From positions 416,001-480,000 of the forward strand of contig CBDCKW010000005.1 in the NCBI GenBank assembly GCA_965218435.1: a stretch of 64,000 nt of DNA. The letters run 5' to 3'. Below, in pieces: positions 33,345 through 43,520 of this stretch. The stretch comes from Truepera sp. (GTDB lineage: Bacteria; Deinococcota; Deinococci; Deinococcales; Trueperaceae). A program made the position numbers and the translations under genes. The notes beneath the pieces are model-generated. The model worked only from the letters and a program-made list of their open reading frames with translations. It was not told the DNA's origin and did not search any database. Positions within the stretch are counted from its first letter, which is position 1; the number at the start of each line of letters is the position of its first letter.

Positions 33345-33899
33345 ACAACTGGAGGTCTGTGTCAAGTTGTTTCAGGACAGCGTTGGCTTAGGCTATCCAA
33401 GTTTGTTTCGCCAGCGGCCTCATGATTTGTTTCAAGGAAAGACGAAGAAACTTTAGTGAGCCGAACGGGACGGGATAAGTCCATGGCGACGCCGTGCTCG
33501 TACGCCCCCCATTTGTCGAGCACTTTGCCACCAAGCAAGGGCGTAGAGGCAACCTGCACAAGCGTTAGCGACGCTTCGCTGGCGATCGAGGGTAACGGCG
33601 TTAACTTCATCCACGGCTTCTGATTTTACACAACTACCTCTCGAGTCGAACTCCCGCAGGCCGCTCAGCGCCTCGGTCGCGAGTCGGTGTGAGATGCCGA
33701 GCAGCGCTCCTAGCCCCCTGTCATTCCTAACTTATACTCAACCGTTTCTAACGCGTGCGGTTGAGAAAATTCCTTTGCTGGCTCCACCTGTAGCTGCCCT
33801 TCTCGCTTTTGCGTAGCAGCTCACGACCTATGCCATGTTTCGGCGTCGTTGATCGGGTGAAGACGACCAAGGTCCCCGCCTCGGGTCGTTCCAACCACT

Positions 33900-33990
33900 C
33901 GGTTCAGCCTGCCCGCCCCCGCCCCCCCTGCTGGATCTCCCGTTCGAGAAAGTAGTTGAGCAGCGTCCGCAGGAGCACGATGGCCCCTGA
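33900..33990 (-). pseudogene. DUF1622-like C-terminal fragment
   Basis: AIVLLRTLLNYFLEREI. Confidence 0.5.
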
Positions 33991-34122
33991 GTTACACTGA
34001 TCTGAAAAGCATACCCTCGCATCGCCGTTTGAAGTGATTTCTGGAGCAGTGCCACCTCAATAAAACATCCCTCAGAAAATTTGGTCGGGACGAGAAAACC
34101 GAGTCTGAAACAGTTTAGTCAA

Positions 34123-35849
34123 GATACCGTTGCCGAACTAAGCTGCGAGCCTAGCAAAACGTGAGACACGAGTTTTCGAGCGAGGTTTATAATCAAACCA
34201 GGCTGCTAAGCGTGTCACATTAATGGCCGTAGCTATAGCAACGTTCTGGAACTGCATTTTGGATTGCCCAAAATAGCGGGAGCGCCGCAAGCCAAATGCT
34301 CTAACGCCTTGCGACAAAGTGCCCTCGATACCCGAACGTTTGCTATAAATCGCGTGCCACTCGGATGTTTGTTGGTTGCGTCGGGCCGCTTGGAGTGCTT
34401 CATGCTTCTCTTGCGGTTTGAAAGCGATAGCCCGTGGATCTTTCGTTGAGCGGTGGCAACGCGCACGCTGCTCACACGAAAAACAGTCTGCTTTAGCGAA
34501 CAACATATAGATAAGCTCATTGCCGTTTCGTTTATCAATACGCTCCGACCAGTACACGCTTTTCTTATCGTTGGGACAAGTCACCTGCTCAGTCTCCCAA
34601 TTGATGGCGAAGTCGTTGATACTGTAGGCTCCTTCGGTCTTGGCTTGCCAACGGTGATTCGCGGGCAACGGGCCACACAACGTCACGTCATAGCTTTTCT
34701 GGCTCTCTACTAATAGTTCAGTGTCCATGTAGCCAACATCAACGAGATGCACGTCTGGCAGCAGGTTCCTACTTTCCAAGTTGCGGTGAAGGTCAGGAAT
34801 GGATTGGTTATCGTGGCGACTAGGGGTATCGGTGGCCACATGGGTGATGAGGTGGACAAAGTCTTCCTCACACGTTTCGGTAACATGGACTTTGTAGCCC
34901 TTCCAGCGCAGGTCGCGTTTGCTGCCCAGCCGCGCGTCGGGGTCACAGGGTGAAGCGAGAAGGATGCTGTTCGGAGGCAAGTCTTTAGCTTCGCGCCAGC
35001 GCACCTCACCATCATCGAGCCAAAACTGCTGTACCCACATGCGCCTGAGTATCTCTATGGCCTCTAACTCATCTAGTCTCGTTGATGTTTCGGAAGCGTA
35101 AACCTCCGCTAGCAGGTGAAATCCATCTTCGCCGGTGATCTTGGCAAGCTCGCTAATTTTCTCTTTGCCCTTGGGTAATCTGAAACTTTCAAATCGTTCA
35201 CCATAACGCTCAAACCAGCTGTCGGGAACCCGTGATCTTAGCCACTCCGGTTCGACTGTAGCTAGCGTATTGAGCGCAAGCCGCATCGTTTCAACCAGGT
35301 TGCCGAGCCGATTCAAGCTTCTGACTTTGGACAGTACATGGGTCGAGTCGGTTCTTGCCTGACCACGTTTCTTAATCAATCCTTTCGCCGCACAAGCAGC
35401 GAGAAGTTGGTCCAGCAACCGATGCTCGGCGTTGCCCTGAAGCAGTCGTTTGCGAAACTTGCTGAGTACTGTAAAGTCAAAACCGGAATCGGTGAGTTCT
35501 AGGCCCAGTGCATACTTCCAGTCGATGCGGTTTCTGACAGCATCAGCAGCTTCTCGGTCGGGCAAATCTTCGGCAAATTGCAGCACGGTAACTACTGCTA
35601 AGCGCCAGGGTGCCTCAGCTGCTTGTCCTACAACCGGGTACAAGTCGGCGAACAGCTCATCGTGATAAATGCCCGCTAGCTCATCGCGTAAATTCATCGC
35701 TAAATTGCCTCTGCGATAGATGGCTTTGGCAACGCGGACGGTTTCTTCAGGGACAAACAGCGGGTTGCTGGGCTGAAGCGACATAGTGGCCTCCTAAGTC
35801 GCTTCAGTTTAGATTCGCCAACTTCGCTTTTTGATTCGGCAACGGTATC
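34123..35849 (-). mobile_element. IS1182-family element, copy 1 (1727 bp)
   Basis: Perfect 15-bp IR GATACCGTTGCCGAA; single transposase. Confidence 0.92.
34138..35784 (-). CDS. IS1182-family transposase
   Basis: DSTH, GYKVHVTE, DVGY, Cys cluster, RSGIEGTLSQG. Confidence 0.92.
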   Translation of the reverse strand: MSLQPSNPLFVPEETVRVAKAIYRRGNLAMNLRDELAGIYHDELFADLYPVVGQAAEAPWRLAVVTVLQFAEDLPDREAADAVRNRIDWKYALGLELTDSGFDFTVLSKFRKRLLQGNAEHRLLDQLLAACAAKGLIKKRGQARTDSTHVLSKVRSLNRLGNLVETMRLALNTLATVEPEWLRSRVPDSWFERYGERFESFRLPKGKEKISELAKITGEDGFHLLAEVYASETSTRLDELEAIEILRRMWVQQFWLDDGEVRWREAKDLPPNSILLASPCDPDARLGSKRDLRWKGYKVHVTETCEEDFVHLITHVATDTPSRHDNQSIPDLHRNLESRNLLPDVHLVDVGYMDTELLVESQKSYDVTLCGPLPANHRWQAKTEGAYSINDFAINWETEQVTCPNDKKSVYWSERIDKRNGNELIYMLFAKADCFSCEQRARCHRSTKDPRAIAFKPQEKHEALQAARRNQQTSEWHAIYSKRSGIEGTLSQGVRAFGLRRSRYFGQSKMQFQNVAIATAINVTRLAAWFDYKPRSKTRVSRFARLAA

Positions 35850-35995
35850 TGGGCAATACTGTTTCAGGTGACTTAAGACTTTATCCATAAATTAAGATGA
35901 ACTCTAAGCTAAAAACTGGTGCGAACTGTTGGGCACACCACTGCCGGTAGGACCGGTAAGTCAGATGTGTTAGCAAGAAGTGCTAACATATCAGC

Positions 35996-36208
35996 ATGAC
36001 TGACGAACTCCGCGCTCAAATTAGGCAGTATCTCAGAGATCATGGTCTTACACAAACCGCACTTGCGATGGAAGTCGGTACCGACCGGCACACCATTAAC
36101 CGTGCACTCAGCACCAACGGGGCCGTACCGCCCATCTGGCAGAAGATGCTAGACGCTCTTGGCCTTGAGCTCGTGTTACGCCCTAAGACTGCAAGCAGGA
36201 CGACGTGA
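35996..36208 (+). CDS. Small XRE-type HTH protein
   Basis: GLTQTALAMEVGTDRHTINRAL, LDALGLEL. Confidence 0.75.
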   Translation: MTDELRAQIRQYLRDHGLTQTALAMEVGTDRHTINRALSTNGAVPPIWQKMLDALGLELVLRPKTASRTT

Positions 36209-36242
36209 GGTGTATGGCAGGGGTGCTGCCACAAGGTGAGTT

Positions 36243-36854
36243 ATGGCGTTAATGCGTTATCCTGTTCGGTTTTACGGGGACCCGATTCTCCGCCGCCGCT
36301 CTGCTCCCGTTCGTGACCTTAAGGCTGACTTTGCTGTACCCGGCTTCGAGGCTGTCAGCTTGCCGCAGCTCACACGCAACATGCTCGAGACGATGTACGA
36401 GGCGCACGGTGTTGGTCTCGCCGCGCCGCAGGTCGGGCTACCCCTTCGCCTGTTTGTTGCTGCCGAATATGCCGACGACGAAAACGAGGGCACCACCTCG
36501 CTCAAGAGCCGGGTGTTGCGCGAGTTCGTGATAGTCAATCCGGTGCTCGAGATTCTCGATCCCTATAAAGAGGCGCGCTATGAAGACGGGTGCCTGTCGA
36601 TACCCGGCGTTTACGAGCCGGGGGTCTTGCGGGAGCGAGCACTGCGTATCCACTATTACGACGAGCATGGCGAACAGCATGTCGTCGAAGCGGACGATTA
36701 CCTTGCACGCGTCTTCCACCACGAATACGAACACCTTGATGGCAAGCTGTATCTCGACCAGCTACCGCCGAGTGTGAAGCAAAAACATCGCGTGTATCTC
36801 GCATCATTACAGCGACAAGCTAAGGCGTACCTGAAGCAACTGGCCGAGCGATAA
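36243..36854 (+). CDS. def: Peptide deformylase
   Basis: GVGLAAPQVG, DGCLSIPG, HEYEHLDG. Confidence 0.93.
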   Translation: MALMRYPVRFYGDPILRRRSAPVRDLKADFAVPGFEAVSLPQLTRNMLETMYEAHGVGLAAPQVGLPLRLFVAAEYADDENEGTTSLKSRVLREFVIVNPVLEILDPYKEARYEDGCLSIPGVYEPGVLRERALRIHYYDEHGEQHVVEADDYLARVFHHEYEHLDGKLYLDQLPPSVKQKHRVYLASLQRQAKAYLKQLAER

Positions 36855-36894
36855 CAATCATCGTGCAACGCTAGCCCTGCAACCGAATAGCGAA

Positions 36895-37036
36895 GATACC
36901 GTTGCCGAGCTCCTATGACGGCACTTCACGAGATGAAGGATGAAGCAGGAAAGTCGGCTAGCACGGTCGAATGCGATGCTCGAAATCCTGAATCATATGC
37001 TTTGGGAGATAATAAGCTTAATTCGGCAACGGTATC
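36895..37036. mobile_element. MITE 1 (142 bp) with IS1182 ends
   Basis: 14-bp IR GATACCGTTGCCGA identical to the neighbouring IS1182 IR; no ORF. Confidence 0.88.
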
Positions 37037-37043
37037 TTCGCTA

Positions 37044-37153
37044 GATACTGTTTCCTAATTGCATATAGGCTTGAACTGCTTAACCCCAACTCCCGTGGAT
37101 AAGGGCATTTATACCGTCTGACCAACTATGTATCTGAATTAGGAAACAGTATC
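37044..37153. mobile_element. MITE 2 (110 bp), related IS1182-type ends
   Basis: 17-bp perfect IR GATACTGTTTCCTAATT; 9-bp direct repeat TCTTCGCTA. Confidence 0.88.
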
Positions 37154-37216
37154 TCTTCGCTAGAGTGTTTCAACTTCCCCAAGGCTCAAACCATTTTACA
37201 GCGACCCTGCTAGCAA

Positions 37217-38143
37217 TTATGACAATGCTGGGGCTGGCACCGCCATACCCATAATGAGTTCGTGGTTCAGCATCGCTGCCGCTTTGGTACCACTGGCTGC
37301 TGCCATAATCACTGAATGCATAGGCATAACCATATCGCCCGCCGCATAGACACCAGGTACACTCGTTTGACCCAGATCATTAACAACGACCTGCAAGCCG
37401 TCATCACTCAGCGTACAACCTAGCTGCTGAGGTAAATCCCCTCGCAAACTCAGGGGGGGCCGCATAAAAACAGCCTGACGCGCCAGCTGGTGACCGTTGG
37501 AAAGATACAAGGCACTCAATTTACCCTGCTGACTTTCGTACTCGGTTACGCTGGCCTCAATGACCTTGACGCCACGGGCATGGAGATCGTCGAGCTGCTC
37601 ATCGCTTAAAGTCGTGTTCCCGCCTGTCAGCAAAACGACGTCACGGCTCCAATTTTGAATGAGCCGCACAAATCCATAACCCAGGTCACCATCACCAAGA
37701 ACAGCTAGCGGCGTGTCTCTCACCTCCCAGCCGTGGCAGTAGGGGCAGGTATAAACGCTTTTGCCCCATAGCTCACGTAAACCCGGCACATCAGGTAGGT
37801 CGTCAGATACCCCGGTTGCTAACAGCAAGCGCTCGGCGCTTAGGGATCCCCCCTGAGCTAAGGTAAGGTGAAACTTCCCCTTGCTCCCGGTTACTTTAGA
37901 TACGCGAGTTTTGAGAAAGTGAACTTCATAAGGCGCGAGCTGCTCGCGTCCAATCCGGCGCAGCTCATCGGGCGGCGTGCCATCACGGGTATAGATATTA
38001 TGGGCGTGGCTTGCTGGGGCGTTACGGGGGGTACTGTCATCTATAACGGCGACATTGCGGCGAGAACGTCCTAAAGCGAGTGCTGCGCTTAACCCCGCAT
38101 TGCTCCCGCCAATGACAGCGACTTCTACGTGTGATAAATTCAC
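37217..38143 (-). CDS. Thioredoxin reductase-like NAD(P)/FAD oxidoreductase
   Basis: IGGSNAGLSAA, CPYCHGWE, TSVPGVYAAGD. Confidence 0.92.
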   Translation of the reverse strand: MNLSHVEVAVIGGSNAGLSAALALGRSRRNVAVIDDSTPRNAPASHAHNIYTRDGTPPDELRRIGREQLAPYEVHFLKTRVSKVTGSKGKFHLTLAQGGSLSAERLLLATGVSDDLPDVPGLRELWGKSVYTCPYCHGWEVRDTPLAVLGDGDLGYGFVRLIQNWSRDVVLLTGGNTTLSDEQLDDLHARGVKVIEASVTEYESQQGKLSALYLSNGHQLARQAVFMRPPLSLRGDLPQQLGCTLSDDGLQVVVNDLGQTSVPGVYAAGDMVMPMHSVIMAAASGTKAAAMLNHELIMGMAVPAPALS

Positions 38144-38398
38144 GGCTACTCCTACAAAACAAGCAAAAAGTGACGATAACAAGCCGAAATGACCTGATTT
38201 TGATAAATGCGTAGATTGTTAGGGGAGAAGGTCAGCTAGAGTCTTGCAATTTATAGATGCACCGTGAGCAAGCGCACCTTGCCGTCGGAACGGCGTAGGC
38301 GAGTTTGTTACGAAGCGCATTTGAGAACACGTTCTCACTATAACAAGGTTTCGTGTGCGCGGTGTGTTATGAGGCGATACGCGCAACAAAATAGGAAA

Positions 38399-40125
38399 GA
38401 TACCGTTGCCGAATTAAGCTGCGAGGCTAGCAAAACGTGAGACACGCGTTTTAGAGCAAGGTTTTTGCTCGAACCAATCTCTGAGGCGAGCTGCATTGAT
38501 GGCAGTGGCTACGGCGATGTTCTGAAACTGCGTTTTGGGCTGTCCGACGTAGCGGGAGCGCCGTAAACCGAATGCCCTAACGCCTTGCGACAAGGTGCCT
38601 TCGATGCCCGAGCGCTTGCTGTAGATGGCGCGCCACTCGGGCGTTTGCTGGTTGTGCCGGGCGGCTTGGAGCGCTTCGTGCTTTTTCCTAGGTTTGAAGG
38701 CAACTGAACGGGCCTGCTTCGTCACGCGGTGGCAACGTGCCCGCTGCTCGCAGACCAAACAGTCGTTTTGGGCGAACAGCACGACAATCAAGTCGTTGTC
38801 GTTGCGCTTATCTTTGCGTTCCGACCAATACACGCTTTTCTTGTTGCTAGGGCAGGTTACGTATTTGGCATCCCAATCGATGGCGAAGTCGTCGATGTTG
38901 TAAGCCCCCGCAGGTTTAGCCTGCCAACGGTGATTGGCGGGTAAGGAACCATGCAACTTCACGTCAAAGCGTTTCTGACTTTCCACTAACAGTTCGGTGT
39001 CCATATAGCCTGTATCCACAAGATGTACGGCTGGCAGAATGTTCTTACTTTTCAAGCCGCGGTGGATATTGGGAACGAGCTGGTTGTCGTGACGGTTCGG
39101 TTGACTGGTCGCTACATGAGTTATGAGGTGAACGGCGTCTTCTTCACACGTTTCCGTGACGTGTACTTTGTGGCCCGTCCAGCGCAGGTCGCGTTTGCTA
39201 CCTAAGCGCACGTCGGGGTCATAAGGTGAAACGAGAAGCACACGGTTCGGGGGCAAGTTCTTGGCGTCGTGCCAGCGCACCTCGCCGTCGTCGAGCCAGT
39301 ACTGCTGCACCCACATGCGCCTGAGGAGTTCGACAGCCTCCAGCTCGGCTAGGTTGGACGGCGCATCGGAAGCGTAAACGCGCTCTAGCAAGTAAAACCC
39401 GTCCTCACCCGTGATCCCAGCAAGGTCGCTAATTTTCTCTTTCCCCTTGGGTAATCTGAAACTTTCAAATCGTTCACCATAACGCTCGAACCAAGTCTCG
39501 GGAACCCATGCGCTAAGCCACTTCGGTTCGCGGGTAGCCAGCGTGTTGAGAACGAGCCGCATCGTTTCAACCAGGTTGCCGAGCCGGTTCAAGCTTCTGA
39601 CTTTGGCGAGCACGTGGGTCGAGTCGGTTCTGGCTTGACCGCGCTTTTTGATCAACCCCTTCGCAGTGCAGGCCGCTAAAAGTTCGTTCAGCAGTCGGTA
39701 TTCGGCCTGACCTTCAAGGAGCCGTTTGCGAAACTTGCTCAGAACCGTAAAATCAAAGCCTGAATCGATAAGCTCTAGGCCCAGCGCATACTTCCAGTCG
39801 ATACGATTTCTGACCGCATCGGCAGCTTCCCGGTCGGGCAGGTCTTCGGCAAATTGCAGCACAGTCACTAACGCAAGCCGCCAGGGTGCTTCAGCCGCTT
39901 GTCCCACAACCGGGTATAGGTCGGCGAATAACTCGTCACGGTAAACGCCCGCTAGCTCATCGCGTAAATGAATTGCCAAATTACCTCTGCGATAAATAGC
40001 TTTAGCAACACGGGCGGTTTCTTCAGGGACAAACAGCGGGTTACTCGGTTGAAGCGACATAGTGGCCTCCTAAGTCGCTTCAGTTTAGACTTGCCAACTT
40101 GGTTTTTTGATTCGGCAACGGTATC
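38399..40125 (-). mobile_element. IS1182-family element, copy 2 (1727 bp, diverged isoform)
   Basis: Same IR and length as copy 1. Confidence 0.92.
38414..40060 (-). CDS. IS1182-family transposase
   Basis: 548 aa paralog of 34138-35784. Confidence 0.92.
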   Translation of the reverse strand: MSLQPSNPLFVPEETARVAKAIYRRGNLAIHLRDELAGVYRDELFADLYPVVGQAAEAPWRLALVTVLQFAEDLPDREAADAVRNRIDWKYALGLELIDSGFDFTVLSKFRKRLLEGQAEYRLLNELLAACTAKGLIKKRGQARTDSTHVLAKVRSLNRLGNLVETMRLVLNTLATREPKWLSAWVPETWFERYGERFESFRLPKGKEKISDLAGITGEDGFYLLERVYASDAPSNLAELEAVELLRRMWVQQYWLDDGEVRWHDAKNLPPNRVLLVSPYDPDVRLGSKRDLRWTGHKVHVTETCEEDAVHLITHVATSQPNRHDNQLVPNIHRGLKSKNILPAVHLVDTGYMDTELLVESQKRFDVKLHGSLPANHRWQAKPAGAYNIDDFAIDWDAKYVTCPSNKKSVYWSERKDKRNDNDLIVVLFAQNDCLVCEQRARCHRVTKQARSVAFKPRKKHEALQAARHNQQTPEWRAIYSKRSGIEGTLSQGVRAFGLRRSRYVGQPKTQFQNIAVATAINAARLRDWFEQKPCSKTRVSRFASLAA

Positions 40126-40169
40126 TAGCGAAGAGTGTTTCAGAGGTGAACCGAACAGCCCGAGCCGGG

Positions 40170-40300
40170 CGGGGTCAGTTGACCGTGACCGAGCAGGAAA
40201 GGCACGAGGTCAATGTGGATTTCGTCGAGCAGGCCAGCGTCGAGACATTGCTGCACGATAGTCGTACTGGCGACCGCGACGTTCTTGCTACCCAAAACCG
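40170..40300 (-). pseudogene. RibD_C/DHFR-like fragment
   Basis: KNVAVASTTIVQQCLDAGLLDEIHIDLVPFLLG. Confidence 0.75.
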
Positions 40301-40377
40301 TGGCCGGGCTGCCCTTCGTTGCCTTGCCTGCTTGATGCTCACCCGCTTCTTTACCTCCTGAAAGTGCAGAACACGGT

Positions 40378-40941
40378 TCAAGCGCTGTAAGGCGGTTGCC
40401 CCGCGGGGCGATATTCCAGCAGCAGGACGCGCCCGTCCAGAACCTTGGTCGAGAGCAGGTCGAAGCCGATGTCGGGCAACTCTTTGAAAAAGGGCTCCAC
40501 CCCTGTTTGCGGGAGAATCAGGGGGCAGACGACGAGCTTAAGACGATCTACCAGGCCAGCGGTAAGCAGTTGCTGAACCAGCGACACGCTGCCCAGGGTC
40601 CGCAACTCGGGGCCGACTCTACGCTTCAGTTCACCTACAAAGCCCACCAGGTCATCATGGACGATTTTTAGCTCCGGCCAATCTGTTGTCTCCAGAGTGT
40701 GCGAGAACAACCAGCCTGGCGTTGTGCTCATCGTTTCCCATCCTTCGTCCCGCAACTCGGTAGGTAGGCCGTTTAGCATCTCGTAGGTCTTACGTCCGAC
40801 GAGCATTCGGTGGGGAACGGCCGTATTTGTCTTAATCCAGTCGTCAAAATCGGGGCCAGAATAGCCGTAATAACCCGGAGACCGCTGGCCCCTGGCATAG
40901 CCGTCGAGCGTGACGATCAGTTCACAAACAAGCTCGGTCAC
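40378..40941 (-). CDS. Dihydrofolate reductase-like (RibD_C) protein
   Basis: VTLDGY, GRKTYE, GSVSLVQQL, GLVDRL. Confidence 0.88.
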   Translation of the reverse strand: MTELVCELIVTLDGYARGQRSPGYYGYSGPDFDDWIKTNTAVPHRMLVGRKTYEMLNGLPTELRDEGWETMSTTPGWLFSHTLETTDWPELKIVHDDLVGFVGELKRRVGPELRTLGSVSLVQQLLTAGLVDRLKLVVCPLILPQTGVEPFFKELPDIGFDLLSTKVLDGRVLLLEYRPAGQPPYSA

Positions 40942-41039
40942 GTGCTACCTCCAATTGAATTTCGGCGATCATAAAAACAGCTTAAAATCCTAAGCGCTCA
41001 AATTCGCAACAGTCTAGCCACGCGTGTTTCAGTGAATAC

Positions 41040-41258
41040 TTACCTCTTGTCGTTCTGCTCCTGGTAGTAGCCAACGAGAGCGTTCGCATGTCCATGTCCG
41101 ATGTTGTGTTCTTTTTTAAGGGCGCTCACCATTTCCAAGTGCTTTTTCCCCTTCATCTCACCTAAGATTTTCAGCCAGTGGTCGATGGGCTGACCGTAGG
41201 TCTTTTCGATAGACGGAAAGTAAGAGGCCGGGCCTTTTACCTTAGGTGTGTCGGTCAT
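41040..41258 (-). CDS. DUF4287 family protein
   Basis: KGPASYFPSIEKTYG, GHGHANALV. Confidence 0.88.
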   Translation of the reverse strand: MTDTPKVKGPASYFPSIEKTYGQPIDHWLKILGEMKGKKHLEMVSALKKEHNIGHGHANALVGYYQEQNDKR

Positions 41259-41347
41259 TGAAGCTACCTCCTGAAAATCATTGCAACAATAACTCTTGGT
41301 TAACGCACGCTTGCTGACAGCATTCAAATCAGTCAGAAGGTGACAGG

Positions 41348-41833
41348 CTATGCCAAACTTTTAACCAGTTCAACGAGCTGGTCGAGGCACAGCCCCCATC
41401 CTTCAAAAAAGCCCATGTCCTCGTGCTGCTGCCGTCCCGCTGGGTCTTTGTGTTTAGCAATAGCCGTGTACTTGGTTCCTGTCGCTGTAGGCTCGAGCGT
41501 TACGATGGCGGTAAAAAAAGGTTGTTCGCTCGGTCTATAGCCTGGAGCGAGCGCGTTGGTAAAGACCAGCTTCTCGTTGGGAACAATCTCCAAGTAGCAT
41601 CCCATGTTGGGAAACGCTTGCCCTTCAGGTGACTGCATAACGGTGTAGAACTGACCGCCCGGTTGCAGGTCGATCTCGCACTCGGAAATCGTCCAGGGAG
41701 CTGGGGCAAACCACTTTTTGATGTGTTCGGGCTGTGTCCAAGCTCGCCAGACAAGCTCAGCGGGCACGTCGATCTCACGCTCTAAAACGAGATCGAGGGT
41801 GGGGTCAATGTCAACATACAGTGGTTTACTCAT
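41348..41833 (-). CDS. SRPBCC/AHSA1 family protein
   Basis: [25 protein letters not shown]. Confidence 0.9.
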   Translation of the reverse strand: MSKPLYVDIDPTLDLVLEREIDVPAELVWRAWTQPEHIKKWFAPAPWTISECEIDLQPGGQFYTVMQSPEGQAFPNMGCYLEIVPNEKLVFTNALAPGYRPSEQPFFTAIVTLEPTATGTKYTAIAKHKDPAGRQQHEDMGFFEGWGLCLDQLVELVKSLA

Positions 41834-42167
41834 GACTTTCCTCCTTGACGAGTTCTTTGACGTAGCTGTCGAACTGATCGAGCCTTTTTTCCCACAGTCC
41901 AAGCTGCACCTTCAGCCACTGCTCGGCGCTTTCAACTTGTTCGGGTACAAGATGAAACGTCCGTATCCGGCCTACTTTTTCTGAGCGAACCAGTCGGCCC
42001 CTTTCTAGTACCTGAAGGTGCTGCATAAACGAAGGTAGTGCCATCTCAAACGGCTCGGCCAGCTCGGTTACTGAGGCAGGGCCACGACTAAGCCGCTCTA
42101 AGACTTGCCGCCGGGTCGGGTCGGCAAGGGCCTGAAAAGTCTGGTCGAGGTTCTGATAGTTAGGCAC
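41826..42167 (-). CDS. ArsR/SmtB family regulator
   Basis: [17 protein letters not shown]. Confidence 0.92.
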   Translation of the reverse strand: MPNYQNLDQTFQALADPTRRQVLERLSRGPASVTELAEPFEMALPSFMQHLQVLERGRLVRSEKVGRIRTFHLVPEQVESAEQWLKVQLGLWEKRLDQFDSYVKELVKEESHE

Positions 42168-42192
42168 TTGCCTAAGCGTACATCAAAAGGAC

Positions 42193-42210
42193 ACTTAGGT
42201 CAATACCTAA
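42193..42210. promoter_or_regulatory. Palindromic ArsR-type operator
   Basis: CTTAGGT-caat-ACCTAAG just upstream of the ArsR gene. Confidence 0.65.
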
Positions 42211-42318
42211 GCGTTGGCTCAGGCTTAATCAGCTCGTGTGCTTAATGAAAAAATCTTCTGCCGATAACCCAACCGCTATGCTGCTTTAGATCATGCTCTG
42301 CGGCTGTTTTTAACGCTG

Positions 42319-42756
42319 TCATGATTGGGTAGATAGATCCGAAACAAAACGGAGCTGTACCTCATCGGCTTCACTCAAACCCGACTGCTCAAAGGCTTCT
42401 TGCAGCGTGTCGTAGCGAGCGACGTAACTAACCTGGCCGTTCTCAACCCGGTAATGAGAGGCGAGCTTAGCTTGGCTCACGATGTCACCGGTCATCACGT
42501 CACCGGTGGTTAGGTCGCGCCAGACGCCGAGTTGTTCATTGACCACCGTTTTACCTCGAGCGAAACTACGACGCGTTTCTAGGCTCAACCCTGCTTGAGC
42601 AAGCCAGTCTCTAAGCATGTCGCGTCCGAAGGCGGAGCCGCGCGGCCCGACCAGCTCTATCTCAGGGTGCGAAAGGTCGAGTAGGCGCTCTACCTCAGCT
42701 GTGTTGACGGTTTCTTCCCAAATACGGACAATCTCAGCAGCTTCTTGAAGTTTCAT
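42319..42756 (-). CDS. SnoaL/NTF2-like protein
   Basis: WEETVN, IELVGPRG, VARYDTL. Confidence 0.75.
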   Translation of the reverse strand: MKLQEAAEIVRIWEETVNTAEVERLLDLSHPEIELVGPRGSAFGRDMLRDWLAQAGLSLETRRSFARGKTVVNEQLGVWRDLTTGDVMTGDIVSQAKLASHYRVENGQVSYVARYDTLQEAFEQSGLSEADEVQLRFVSDLSTQS

Positions 42757-42795
42757 CGTTTCTCCAGTCTTTGACTTGTCTCAATAACAAGCTTA

Positions 42796-42816
42796 ATGTA
42801 TGTATAGCACATACAT
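42796..42816. promoter_or_regulatory. Palindromic MarR-type operator
   Basis: ATGTATGT-atagc-ACATACAT between divergent genes. Confidence 0.65.
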
Positions 42817-42852
42817 ATTTGTTTTGCACGTACTTGATGATATCATTGAACT

Positions 42853-43365
42853 GTGAACTCAGAAAAAGTTGTCCAGTTACCCGACAATGCGTTGCCAAGT
42901 GACGCCGGAAAAGCGCTGTTCCGGTTGGGGAGATTCCTCAATAAGCAGTCCTTACCCGAATCGCTAAAAACTCGAACCGCAGGGGGGATAGAGCTTTCAC
43001 AGATTTTGACGGTTCAAGCTGTTGAAGCGGTTCTCGAGACCGGTCAAGAGGCAACTGTGGGCGCGGTCGCGCTGAACCTTGGTCTCGAGCCCTCAACCGC
43101 CAGCCGTATAGTCGCGGAAGCTGTACAGCATGGCCTGTTAACCCGTGGTGCGTCTCAAGCTGACGGACGGCGCAGCCTACTTGAACTCACGCAGGCAGGG
43201 CGGAGCTTGGCAGAAGATGCCGCTGACTATCAGCGGTCGGTCTTCGAGTCGGTTACAGATAGTTGGGCAGCTGAGGAACGTAAAGAGTTCGCACGCCTGT
43301 TCGTCATGTTTGTCGAAAGATTAGCTAGTTTGCCCACAAGTGAAGGTATACAAGAAGCAAAATAG
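42853..43365 (+). CDS. MarR family regulator
   Basis: LEPSTASRIV, DGRRSLLELT. Confidence 0.9.
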   Translation: MNSEKVVQLPDNALPSDAGKALFRLGRFLNKQSLPESLKTRTAGGIELSQILTVQAVEAVLETGQEATVGAVALNLGLEPSTASRIVAEAVQHGLLTRGASQADGRRSLLELTQAGRSLAEDAADYQRSVFESVTDSWAAEERKEFARLFVMFVERLASLPTSEGIQEAK

Positions 43366-43520
43366 CGAAGCGTGTTACAGCCCAAACGGGTTATCGAGTT
43401 AGCTGCTCTTTATGCGCGCCATGTCGTCGGGGTTCGTGACCAAGGCGAGCCGTTACCACCGCTTTGGTCCCAACCCAGAACCAGACTTCAGCAGCGATTT
43501 CCATCTGGCGCGTCGTGAGC

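Noticed and set aside
33348..33374. Possible extra array site ending in TGTTTCA
   Set aside because: The left arm and core do not match; too weak without a PWM.
36878..37172. Closely spaced repeats resembling a mini CRISPR array
   Set aside because: They are inverted repeats of two MITEs, with inserts over 100 bp and no cas genes.
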